Shown one piece after another: positions 48,029 to 56,382 of a stretch of 56,737 nt of DNA (positions are counted from its first letter, which is position 1; every line of letters starts with the position of its first letter). The DNA comes from an uncultured Alphaproteobacteria bacterium. Lineage in GTDB: Bacteria; Pseudomonadota; Alphaproteobacteria; HIMB59; GCA-002718135. The notes beneath the pieces are model-generated. The model saw nothing but the letters and a program-made list of their open reading frames with translations. It searched no databases and was not told where the DNA came from. The stretch covers positions 1-56,737 of the forward strand of contig CACIRR010000002.1 of NCBI GenBank assembly GCA_902589095.1. Direction: 5' to 3'. Both the position numbers and the translations under genes were made by a program.

Positions 48029-49076
48029 TCATTCCCCAAATTTTATCTTTTGGTAGATGAACGAAGATTTGGTCATCTTCTTTCATATTATCTATACCAA
48101 CTGATTGGAGAGAGCATTCTAAATGTACATTATTCACATTAATTTTATAGCGCGTATGTGTACCTGAGAATATTACAGATGTAATTTTTCCTTGATAGGA
48201 GTTGTGGTCAAATTCATTATTTTTTGAAATTTTAATATTTTCTGGTCTAATTGTAAGAAATAATTTTTTATTAAGATCACGAATATTATCACCTTGATAT
48301 TCACAAAAACCAATTTCACTTTGTATTTTGTTATCTACAATATCTGCATTGATAAAATTTACACCTCCAAAAAATTTTGCTGCCTTGATATTTTTTGGTT
48401 TTTCATAATAGTTTTTGGGAGATGTGAAATTTTGTAACTCTCCATCAAATATTAGAGCAATCTTATCAGCGAGTAAAACTGCTTCCTCCTGATCATGTGT
48501 AACAAATATTGTTGTAACATTTAATTTTTGTTGAATAGTTAAAATAAGTTCTCTCATTTCATCTCGTAAATGGGCATCTAGGTTGCTTAACGGCTCATCT
48601 AATAAAAGCAATCGTGGACTAGCAATAAGTGCTCTTGCAAGCGCTACACGTTGTTGTTGTCCCCCAGATAATTGTTTTGGTTTTCTTAAGCCAATATCTG
48701 GTAATTTAACTAAATCTAACATTTCTTTTACTCTTTCATCGATTATGCTTTTATTTACACCTTTCATTTTAAGAGCAAATCCTACATTCTCATTTACATT
48801 CATATAAGGAAATAAAAGATAATTCTGGAATACCATTACCACACCTCTTTTTTCTGTAGGTATAGGTAAAAGAGATTCATTATCTAGAGTGATGTTACCA
48901 TTATCAGGTTGAAATAACCCTGTGATCATTTTTAATATTGTTGTTTTTCCGCAACCTGATGGTCCAAGAAAAGCTACTAATTGACCACTATTAATATCTA
49001 AATTTACATTATTAACCGCAGGCCGATCCATTCCTTGAAAATTTTTAACTAAATTTTCTATTTTTAAATCACTCAT
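48021..49076 (-). CDS. ABC importer ATP-binding protein (PotA/MalK-like with C-terminal TOBE-like domain)
   Basis: GPSGCGKTT, LSGGQQQRVALARAL, LLLDEPLSNLD. 351 aa. Confidence 0.85.
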   Translation of the reverse strand: MSDLKIENLVKNFQGMDRPAVNNVNLDINSGQLVAFLGPSGCGKTTILKMITGLFQPDNGNITLDNESLLPIPTEKRGVVMVFQNYLLFPYMNVNENVGFALKMKGVNKSIIDERVKEMLDLVKLPDIGLRKPKQLSGGQQQRVALARALIASPRLLLLDEPLSNLDAHLRDEMRELILTIQQKLNVTTIFVTHDQEEAVLLADKIALIFDGELQNFTSPKNYYEKPKNIKAAKFFGGVNFINADIVDNKIQSEIGFCEYQGDNIRDLNKKLFLTIRPENIKISKNNEFDHNSYQGKITSVIFSGTHTRYKINVNNVHLECSLQSVGIDNMKEDDQIFVHLPKDKIWGMND

Positions 49077-49087
49077 TCATACCTCAT

Positions 49088-49951
49088 TTAAATTTTACCA
49101 AATCCACTTGTTGCTCCTGATTGACCTGATACAAATTTAGAAGTGAAAACTAATATCAAGATTGCTGGAAAAATAAATATTATTGATATTGCTGCTGTTA
49201 AAGCAGGGTTACCAGAAGATGCAGTAGAAAAAACTAAAAGAGGAAGGGTCATTACTTTTCCTGCTCCTATTAAGAAGGTGAGTAGATACTGACTCCAAGA
49301 TACTAAAAAAGCAAAAAGAGCTGCCACGACCATCCCTGGCGCTATTGCAGGTAGTGTAATTTGAAAAAAAGTAGTAGTTTTATTTGCACCTAATGTTCTT
49401 GCCTGATGTTCAAAATCTGGATTATAGTTTGCAAATATTCCTGTCATGGTAAGTACTACATAAGGCATAATTGGTACTAAATGTACTAAACATACTCCAA
49501 AAAAACTTCCCGAGAAACCAATTGAAATAAAATTAATATTTAAACCTAAAACAAATGCAATAGGAGGAAGAATAGTAGGTGAGACCATGATGAATATTAT
49601 TAATTTTTTAAATCTAAAATTTAATAAGCCTAAAACCCTTGCTGCTGGTAATGCGATGATTATAGATACAATTGTTACTAAAATACCAATTGTTAAACTA
49701 TTAACTAAAGCTTTAATAACAGTTGGATTTGATGCCCATAGATCTAGAAAACCTTCAAAAGTTCTTTGTCCAGGTTTAGGGATAAGCTTTAATCTCACCC
49801 ATGCCTGTAAACTTAATTCTTTTGGAATAACTTGCGGATAAAACCATCTAAAAGAAAAGGCATTAATAAAAAAAGCAATTAAGGGTAAAATTAATATTAG
49901 TGCGCCCAAATAAATGGAATAAATATTAATTCTTTTTAAATTATTATTCAT
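49088..49951 (-). CDS. ABC importer permease (binding-protein-dependent type)
   Basis: 6 TM segments and an EAA-loop-like motif (EHQARTLGANKTTTFFQITLPAIAPG). Confidence 0.8.
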   Translation of the reverse strand: MNNNLKRINIYSIYLGALILILPLIAFFINAFSFRWFYPQVIPKELSLQAWVRLKLIPKPGQRTFEGFLDLWASNPTVIKALVNSLTIGILVTIVSIIIALPAARVLGLLNFRFKKLIIFIMVSPTILPPIAFVLGLNINFISIGFSGSFFGVCLVHLVPIMPYVVLTMTGIFANYNPDFEHQARTLGANKTTTFFQITLPAIAPGMVVAALFAFLVSWSQYLLTFLIGAGKVMTLPLLVFSTASSGNPALTAAISIIFIFPAILILVFTSKFVSGQSGATSGFGKI

Positions 49952-50826
49952 TAATCTTTCCTTATTTTAGCTTGCGTTAACCAAAAATAAAAAACTACTA
50001 GTATCATTACAATTAATGCAATTATAATGCTCAACGCCATACCTTCACTTCTTGCATTCAAGTCAGGATTTAAGAAAAATTCAAAAGCCATCACAGGTAG
50101 CATCTGAGGATAAATAACGCCGAGTAAAGCAGGCACTTCATATGCACCAAAACTGAAAGCAAATACGATAATTGAAGCGGAAAACAAATTTGGCATTACT
50201 AGTGGTAGAATGACATATCTAAATCTTTGCCATCTATTAGCGCCCAGACTTTGTGCTAATTCTTCAAAATTCTCTCCTAATGATTGTAATACAGACATTA
50301 AAATGATGAAGAAAAAAGCAGCTTCTTTCCAAATATATGCAAGAATAATTCCAAAACCATATTTATCTCTAACAAGAACAGGAAAATCACCTGGACTAGA
50401 AATCATACCTATCTGAGCTGCTAGTCTTGCCAACAAACCACTTTGAGAAAAAACAAAAATCATACCAACTGCAACTACTAAGTGCGGCATAGGTAGATTT
50501 AATGAATAAATAAAATTACATAATGTTTTACCAACAAAAGTTTTTCTAATTGCTAAAGCTCCAAATAGAGCAAATACTGCAGCTAAAAATGTGCTAGCAA
50601 AACTCACCCATAAGTTAAGAGCTAATCCCGACCAAAATAACTTTGCATATCTTTCTGAAAACATAACATTGTAGTATGCAGAAAAATTAAGTTCATATTT
50701 GCCAATAGCTGGTTGATATCCTAAACTTTGAAGAAAGCCATAAAAGATACCACCAAAAAAAAGAGTAATAATTATAAGAAGAGGCGGGGTAAGAGATAAA
50801 ACAATTTTCAATCTTTCCCCGCCCAT
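49951..50826 (-). CDS. ABC importer permease (binding-protein-dependent type)
   Basis: 6 TM segments and an EAA-loop-like motif (EELAQSLGANRWQRFRYVILPLVMP). Confidence 0.8.
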   Translation of the reverse strand: MGGERLKIVLSLTPPLLIIITLFFGGIFYGFLQSLGYQPAIGKYELNFSAYYNVMFSERYAKLFWSGLALNLWVSFASTFLAAVFALFGALAIRKTFVGKTLCNFIYSLNLPMPHLVVAVGMIFVFSQSGLLARLAAQIGMISSPGDFPVLVRDKYGFGIILAYIWKEAAFFFIILMSVLQSLGENFEELAQSLGANRWQRFRYVILPLVMPNLFSASIIVFAFSFGAYEVPALLGVIYPQMLPVMAFEFFLNPDLNARSEGMALSIIIALIVMILVVFYFWLTQAKIRKD

Positions 50827-50834
50827 TTTAGATC

Positions 50835-52082
50835 TTATTTAAGAAGTACGTTTGCTTCCCAATCAGCTTCTATCAAATCTTGGTACTCAGCAGCGATATC
50901 TGAAACCAAAGCTTTCGCTAAAATGTTTTGATCTTCAGCAGCATCTCCAAGATTGTTTTGTGCATCTTCAATAGCAGCTTTTCCAGCAGCATCAGTTACT
51001 TTAGCAGTGCTGATACCCCATCCACAACAAAAACCATTTGCAGGTTGAACTTGTGCAGCTTGAAGTTCAGGCTCTAATACTAAATTAGCATAGACTAGAG
51101 CAGCAGCTTTATTAGGCGCGTTATATGGTATTGCCCAATAATTGAAGTCACCGATCATATTTTCATAGAACGCAAAAGCTCTTGAAGTAGGAGGTGTAGT
51201 TCCTGCAGTGTTTGTTGGTCCAGCACCTCTTGGTGATTGTGTGAAATCTAGATCAACTTCACCATTTGCAAATAAACTATGCATTTCCGCATTGTCTTTT
51301 GGATATGTTTCACCACTTCTCCATAAATCCTTCTCCCAAGAATTTAAAAGCTCCCAAACTTTTGGTGCCCATTTATCATATAATGCTTGATTGAATGGAC
51401 CTACCCATTGCTCCTGACCTCCACTTAATTCAAAGAAAATTTGTTTTACAAATCGTGTACCAACAAATCCACCTTTCCCAGGTCTAATATAAGTAAATCT
51501 TCCTGGGTTGCTTGCAATCCAGTCACTTAATTCAGCATAACTTCTCGGCATATCATCATAATTATTTCTAGCCGAGTCATACATGAAGTGGAATTGAGCA
51601 CTTGACCAAGGGCTCTCCATTCCATCTACAGGTCTACCGAAGTCAAGATTTACAGCTGGGTTATCCCAAGCAACAAATTCACTATTTGGAAGACCAGCAG
51701 CAAAAGGACCATACAATAAGTTAGCTTGTTTAAGTGTCCAGAAATTTTCACCATTAATCCAAATTAAATCAATGCTTCCACCATCGCCAGTTACTCCAGC
51801 TTCTTTTTCACTGAGTACTTGGTTAACAGCATCAACAGTTCCAGCTAAAGGAACTCTATTCAAGGTGATGTTATATTTTTCCTTTAATGGAACACCATAG
51901 AAATCATCAACAAAACCATTGATAGCATCAGATCCACCCCACATATAGACGTTTACTTGTCCACCATCAGCTGCTTTTAAAACATCATCCCAAGAACCAA
52001 AACCTGGAGCTGTTTCAGCAACAACTAATTTTGAAAAAAATAAACTTGTTAATGTAAAGGCGATAATTTTTAAATATTTCAT
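50835..52082 (-). CDS. periplasmic ABC substrate-binding protein (tentatively YnjB/COG4134-like)
   Basis: Signal peptide MKYLKIIAFTLTSLFFSKLVVA. The VNVYMWGGSDAINGFV...SIDLIWINGENF pattern recalls YnjB-type SBPs. The ATG at 52082 is preceded by GGAGGTAAA, and the track start at 52106 adds an unlikely extension. Confidence 0.75.
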   Translation of the reverse strand: MKYLKIIAFTLTSLFFSKLVVAETAPGFGSWDDVLKAADGGQVNVYMWGGSDAINGFVDDFYGVPLKEKYNITLNRVPLAGTVDAVNQVLSEKEAGVTGDGGSIDLIWINGENFWTLKQANLLYGPFAAGLPNSEFVAWDNPAVNLDFGRPVDGMESPWSSAQFHFMYDSARNNYDDMPRSYAELSDWIASNPGRFTYIRPGKGGFVGTRFVKQIFFELSGGQEQWVGPFNQALYDKWAPKVWELLNSWEKDLWRSGETYPKDNAEMHSLFANGEVDLDFTQSPRGAGPTNTAGTTPPTSRAFAFYENMIGDFNYWAIPYNAPNKAAALVYANLVLEPELQAAQVQPANGFCCGWGISTAKVTDAAGKAAIEDAQNNLGDAAEDQNILAKALVSDIAAEYQDLIEADWEANVLLK

Positions 52083-52102
52083 TTTACCTCCAATTAAAAA
52101 CA

Positions 52103-53554
52103 TCAAATAAGTAAATTATTTGATTTGTTATCCTTTGGTGAAATATAATCTACCAAAGGAATCTCTTCTACAAGCTTTAAATCATTCCAAGCTGCAAATT
52201 CTAATAACTCTTTACTATAATCGCCTTGACCAACTGCATAATGATGTTCATGACCTATAATGTTTAGTGTATTTATCAAGTTTTCTGCCGATATTGGATC
52301 TCTGTTAAGTTGTGTCTCTTTGAACCATCCTCTTGTTCCATCAAAACCTTTATTTGTATGTTCAAATATTTCAGAATTTAAAATTAAAATCCTTTCAGCG
52401 TTATTTCCAAGATAAGTTGTTGTTGATGATTGTGGTTTAAATACTTGATCTCCTGCAACACCATATTTTTTTTCAGTTTTTCTTCCTAGTGTTGAATGAT
52501 CCACCCAGCTAATACCATCTTCATTTGCAAAATGTCTAGGAGAAACGCCGCAATGCCACATTAATACAGCGTTTGCTTTTTTATCAAAAGTAGCAAGATC
52601 AAGTAGAGTTGATGATTTTTTTGTATTAGAAATATAATTGAGGAGGAGCATGCTTATTGAACCCTGAACATCCCCTTCACAAGAAACTGCAATTCCATCT
52701 TCACTACCCATCCAGCCGTATGCCATACATGGAGCTATGTCATAAAGTTCTTGAAACTGAGACCAACACTGTACAGCTAGTGAGTCCCAATCATTTTCTT
52801 CCCTCATTTGTTTTAGAGCAAAATACACTCTAGTTACTCTATTAAAAGAGTCATCATTAGAAACATGAATAGAACTAGCAGCAGCTTTAATTTTTTTAAT
52901 TTCTTCGTCTATTAATGATTGTTTAAAATTTTTTGCTTTATCTATTAGTTCTTTAATTGTTGTCTCTTCTATGCTTGTGCCTATATTTGTTTTGATTTTC
53001 GCATTATCAACAATCATATTATCAAAACCAGGAGATATTCCTCCAATTAACCCCAATTTTGATTGTTTTAATTTTTTTAGAGCAATTAAAGATCGTAATG
53101 TTATTAAAAATTTATTTTTAAATTCATCGGTATCTGCATAATTATAGAACCATTTTGTTTTAATTTTTTTCTCTGAAAGTAGTTTTTTTATAATTCCTAA
53201 ATAATGACTTGTAGAAACTAAAGAATGTAATTTTACATCACCCTCTGTTTCTTGATCTGGTACCGCCCATATTCCTATTTTATTTACAATATTACAAAGA
53301 GGGTAAAGTTGTTCACCTGAGCTGCATGAACTAGTTTGCAAAATTAGAAAATCTATTTTTTTATTAAAAAATCTCTCAGCTTCTTCCGAGTCTTCTCTAG
53401 AAAAAATTGTTTTATGGAATGATAATAATTCAACATCATAATTTTTTAAAATTAACTTAAGGTGCTCTTCAGAATTTTTTCTTACATTTTGTTCTTCAGC
53501 ATAATAAGGACTTATTGATGTCGCTACAAATCCTATACGTAATACTTCTTTCAT
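52103..53554 (-). CDS. L-fucose/L-arabinose isomerase family (COG2407-like) protein
   Basis: 483 aa. The N-terminal Rossmann-like start (LRIGFVATSISPYY) and the central VSCEGDVQGSISMLLL segment recall FucI-family proteins. This is a family-level call only. Confidence 0.5.
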   Translation of the reverse strand: MKEVLRIGFVATSISPYYAEEQNVRKNSEEHLKLILKNYDVELLSFHKTIFSREDSEEAERFFNKKIDFLILQTSSCSSGEQLYPLCNIVNKIGIWAVPDQETEGDVKLHSLVSTSHYLGIIKKLLSEKKIKTKWFYNYADTDEFKNKFLITLRSLIALKKLKQSKLGLIGGISPGFDNMIVDNAKIKTNIGTSIEETTIKELIDKAKNFKQSLIDEEIKKIKAAASSIHVSNDDSFNRVTRVYFALKQMREENDWDSLAVQCWSQFQELYDIAPCMAYGWMGSEDGIAVSCEGDVQGSISMLLLNYISNTKKSSTLLDLATFDKKANAVLMWHCGVSPRHFANEDGISWVDHSTLGRKTEKKYGVAGDQVFKPQSSTTTYLGNNAERILILNSEIFEHTNKGFDGTRGWFKETQLNRDPISAENLINTLNIIGHEHHYAVGQGDYSKELLEFAAWNDLKLVEEIPLVDYISPKDNKSNNLLI

Positions 53555-53566
53555 TTGTTTTATTAT

Positions 53567-53687
53567 TAAATGTTATAATGTTTATAATGTCAATTATTAT
53601 ATATTGACTTTAATATTATAAATGTATTGAAATGATATTTAAATTTTAAATAAAAATTATACTAAATGTTATAACAACTAAATGTTA
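53567..53687. promoter_or_regulatory. candidate operator repeats in divergent promoter region
   Basis: An exact 12-mer TAAATGTTATAA occurs at 53567-53578 and 53663-53674. A perfect palindrome TGTTATAACA lies at 53667-53676. CTAAATGTTA repeats at 53662-53671 and 53678-53687. An inverted repeat GTCAAT-N8-ATTGAC lies at 53589-53608. Confidence 0.35.
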
Positions 53688-54656
53688 GATAAAGATAAAT
53701 TAGACTGGATATATAATAAATTATTTACAATTCGTTTTTTTGAAGAACGAATTAAAAAAATAGCAAAAGAAAAAAGTGTTCCAGGTTATTTGCATACTTG
53801 TATAGGTTCAGAAGCAATTTGTGTTGGCGTCATGGCAGCTCTTAATAAAGATGATTGGATATCTAGTACTTATAGAAACCACGGACATGCTATAGCAAAA
53901 GATTGTAATTTGAATCAAATTACCTCTGAAATATACGGTCGCTCTACTGGAATTTGTAAAGGTAGAGGTGGCAGTATGCACATCAGTGATTTTGATAGGG
54001 GAATGTTAGGTTCTTTTGGCATTGTTGCTGCAGGTCCACCAGTTGTATTGGGTGCTGCTCTTCAAGAAAAAATTAATAATGGAAGTAAAAATTCAGTTTC
54101 TTTTTTTGGAGATGGCGCAATTCATAATGGAGCATTTCATGAAGCTGCTGGCTTAGCTAAATTATGGAACATACCCATGCTATTTGTTTGTGAAAATAAT
54201 GGTTATGCTGAAGCAACTGCAACAGATTGGCATTTAAATACTAAAGAATTGTCTGACATTTCTAAAGCTTACGACATGGTAGCATATAGAGGAAATGGGA
54301 ATGACGTTTTTGAAGTTTTTAATTTAACTAACAAAGCATTAGAAGAGAGTAGAAACAAACAAACACCAATTTTTTTAGAATTTAAAAATTATCGTTTTTC
54401 AGGACAGTATGAAGGTGACACCCAATTATATCAGCCACAAGAAGAAATAGAAAATGCAAAAAAAAATGATCCAATAAAATTAGCAATTGATAATGCTAAA
54501 AATCATAATTTAACTAAAGATGATATTGAGACATATAAAAAAAATGCTTTGGATGCAGTAAACTCTGCATTTGATTTCGCTGATACGCAACCATGGCCAA
54601 AAGGAGAAGACGCATTACAAGAAGTTTATGTAAATTATCCAAAGGAGGTAAATTAA
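53682..54656 (+). CDS. TPP-dependent 2-oxoacid/acetoin dehydrogenase E1 component, alpha subunit
   Basis: TPP-binding motif GDGAIHNGAFHEAAGLAKLWNIPMLFVCENNGYA, plus YRNHGH. 324 aa. Confidence 0.85.
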   Translation: MLDKDKLDWIYNKLFTIRFFEERIKKIAKEKSVPGYLHTCIGSEAICVGVMAALNKDDWISSTYRNHGHAIAKDCNLNQITSEIYGRSTGICKGRGGSMHISDFDRGMLGSFGIVAAGPPVVLGAALQEKINNGSKNSVSFFGDGAIHNGAFHEAAGLAKLWNIPMLFVCENNGYAEATATDWHLNTKELSDISKAYDMVAYRGNGNDVFEVFNLTNKALEESRNKQTPIFLEFKNYRFSGQYEGDTQLYQPQEEIENAKKNDPIKLAIDNAKNHNLTKDDIETYKKNALDAVNSAFDFADTQPWPKGEDALQEVYVNYPKEVN

Positions 54657-55673
54657 TTGCCCATCAAAACAGTTAAAGAAGCTATTAATGATGCATTAGT
54701 TCAATCATTTGAAAATGATAAGAATGTTATTCTAATGGGAGAGGATATTGCTGGTGGTAAAGGCAGAGAGCAGTATCAAGGGACTCAAGACGCCTGGGGT
54801 GGTCCTTTTGGTGTAACACAGGGATTGTTTACAAAATTTGGAGGGGAGCGAGTTAGAGATACTACTATTGCTGAAGCAGGTTTTTTTGGCGCAGCTGTTG
54901 GAGCGGCAATGACAGGTTTAAGACCAATTGTTGAACTTATGTATGTTGATTTTGCTGGTGTATGTTTTGATCAAATGATGAATCAAGCTGCAAAAGTTAG
55001 ATACATGTTTGGGGGTAAACAAAAAGTTCCAATGGTTGTGAGAACTGTTGTTGGGGCAGGTTTTAGAGCAGGAAGTGAGCATTCACAAACTCTTTATAGC
55101 TTATATACACATATTCCTGGTTTAAAAGTTGTAGCACCTTATGATGCTTATGATGCCAAAGGATTATTGTTATCATCTATTCAAGATGATGATCCAGTAA
55201 TTTTTATGGAACATAAAAGGTTATACATGACTTCCTGTGAGGTGCCTGATGATTTAAAACCAATACCTCTTGGAAAAGGAAAAATAAGAAAAAATGGAAG
55301 CGATGTCACTATAATTGCCATACAAAGAATGAATCTTTTTGCAGAAGAAGCAGCAAAAGAACTAGAAAATAATAACATTAGTTGTGAAATAATTGATCCA
55401 AGATCTTACTCACCTCTTGATGAAGATTTAATTTATACTTCAGTCAAAAAAACAGGTAGGGTTATAATTGTAGATGAGTCTAACCCTAAATGTTCTCTTG
55501 CATCTGAAATTTCATCGTTAATATCTGAAAATTGTTTTTCTGATCTAAAGTCTGGAGTAATTAAAATTACTGCACCTCACACGCCTGTTCCATTTAGCCC
55601 GCCAATGGAAGACTTCTATATACCTTCATCAAAAAAGATTGGAGATGCAGCTAAGGAATTGCTTAATGCTTAG
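54657..55673 (+). CDS. TPP-dependent 2-oxoacid/acetoin dehydrogenase E1 component, beta subunit
   Basis: Transketolase-like pyrimidine-binding domain (RVRDTTIAEAGFFGAAVGAAMTGLRPIVE) and a C-terminal domain. TTG start follows an AAGGAGG SD. Confidence 0.85.
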   Translation: MPIKTVKEAINDALVQSFENDKNVILMGEDIAGGKGREQYQGTQDAWGGPFGVTQGLFTKFGGERVRDTTIAEAGFFGAAVGAAMTGLRPIVELMYVDFAGVCFDQMMNQAAKVRYMFGGKQKVPMVVRTVVGAGFRAGSEHSQTLYSLYTHIPGLKVVAPYDAYDAKGLLLSSIQDDDPVIFMEHKRLYMTSCEVPDDLKPIPLGKGKIRKNGSDVTIIAIQRMNLFAEEAAKELENNNISCEIIDPRSYSPLDEDLIYTSVKKTGRVIIVDESNPKCSLASEISSLISENCFSDLKSGVIKITAPHTPVPFSPPMEDFYIPSSKKIGDAAKELLNA

Positions 55674-56382
55674 ACAAGCTTCAACTAAATATCAAAACGT
55701 CTATTCTGTTATAAAAAATAATATTGCTTCAAATAAATGGCCTGTTGGAAAAATTATACCTTCTGAGCATGAACTCGTTGATTACTTTAGGGTAAGCAGA
55801 ATAACAATTCGTTCAGCTCTAAATATGTTAGAAAATGATGGCTTGGTAACTCGAAAAAGAGGCAAAGGTACAATTGTAAAAAATACAACTAATAATGACA
55901 ACAACTGCTTTCAATCTTTAACTCAAAAAATTTTACAAAATGGTGATATTCCATCATCAGAGATTTTAGAATTTAAAAAAATAACAAACAAAGATCATAC
56001 AAAATATTTCACTAACGATACAACCTTATATTTTATCAAGCGCTTAAGAAGTGTTAATGAAAAACCTTACTTAGTTAGTAATGCTTATATTTCTTACGAT
56101 TTATGTTTTGGGTTAAATGAAAATTATTTTACACAAAAAGGTGATAATCAATCTTTGATTCATGTACTAACAAATAATTTTAAAATTAATTTTATTGAAA
56201 ATTCTCAATTTGTATGTGCGAAAGAGTTATCAAATTCTGATTCTAAAGTATTAAAAAAAGATCCTGGCACACCATGCCTTTCACAAGATTGTTTATTGTT
56301 TGATCATGATAATCGGTTAGTTCTTGTTGATCAAAATATCACTTTTAATACACTAAGTTTTAATTCCAGAGCCATTTCATGA
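55667..56382 (+). CDS. GntR family transcriptional regulator, HutC/UTRA-type
   Basis: Winged HTH (LVDYFRVSRITIRSALNMLENDGLVTRKRGKGTIV) plus a UTRA-like C-terminal half. I prefer the ATG at 55667 (7-nt overlap with the E1 beta stop). Confidence 0.8.
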
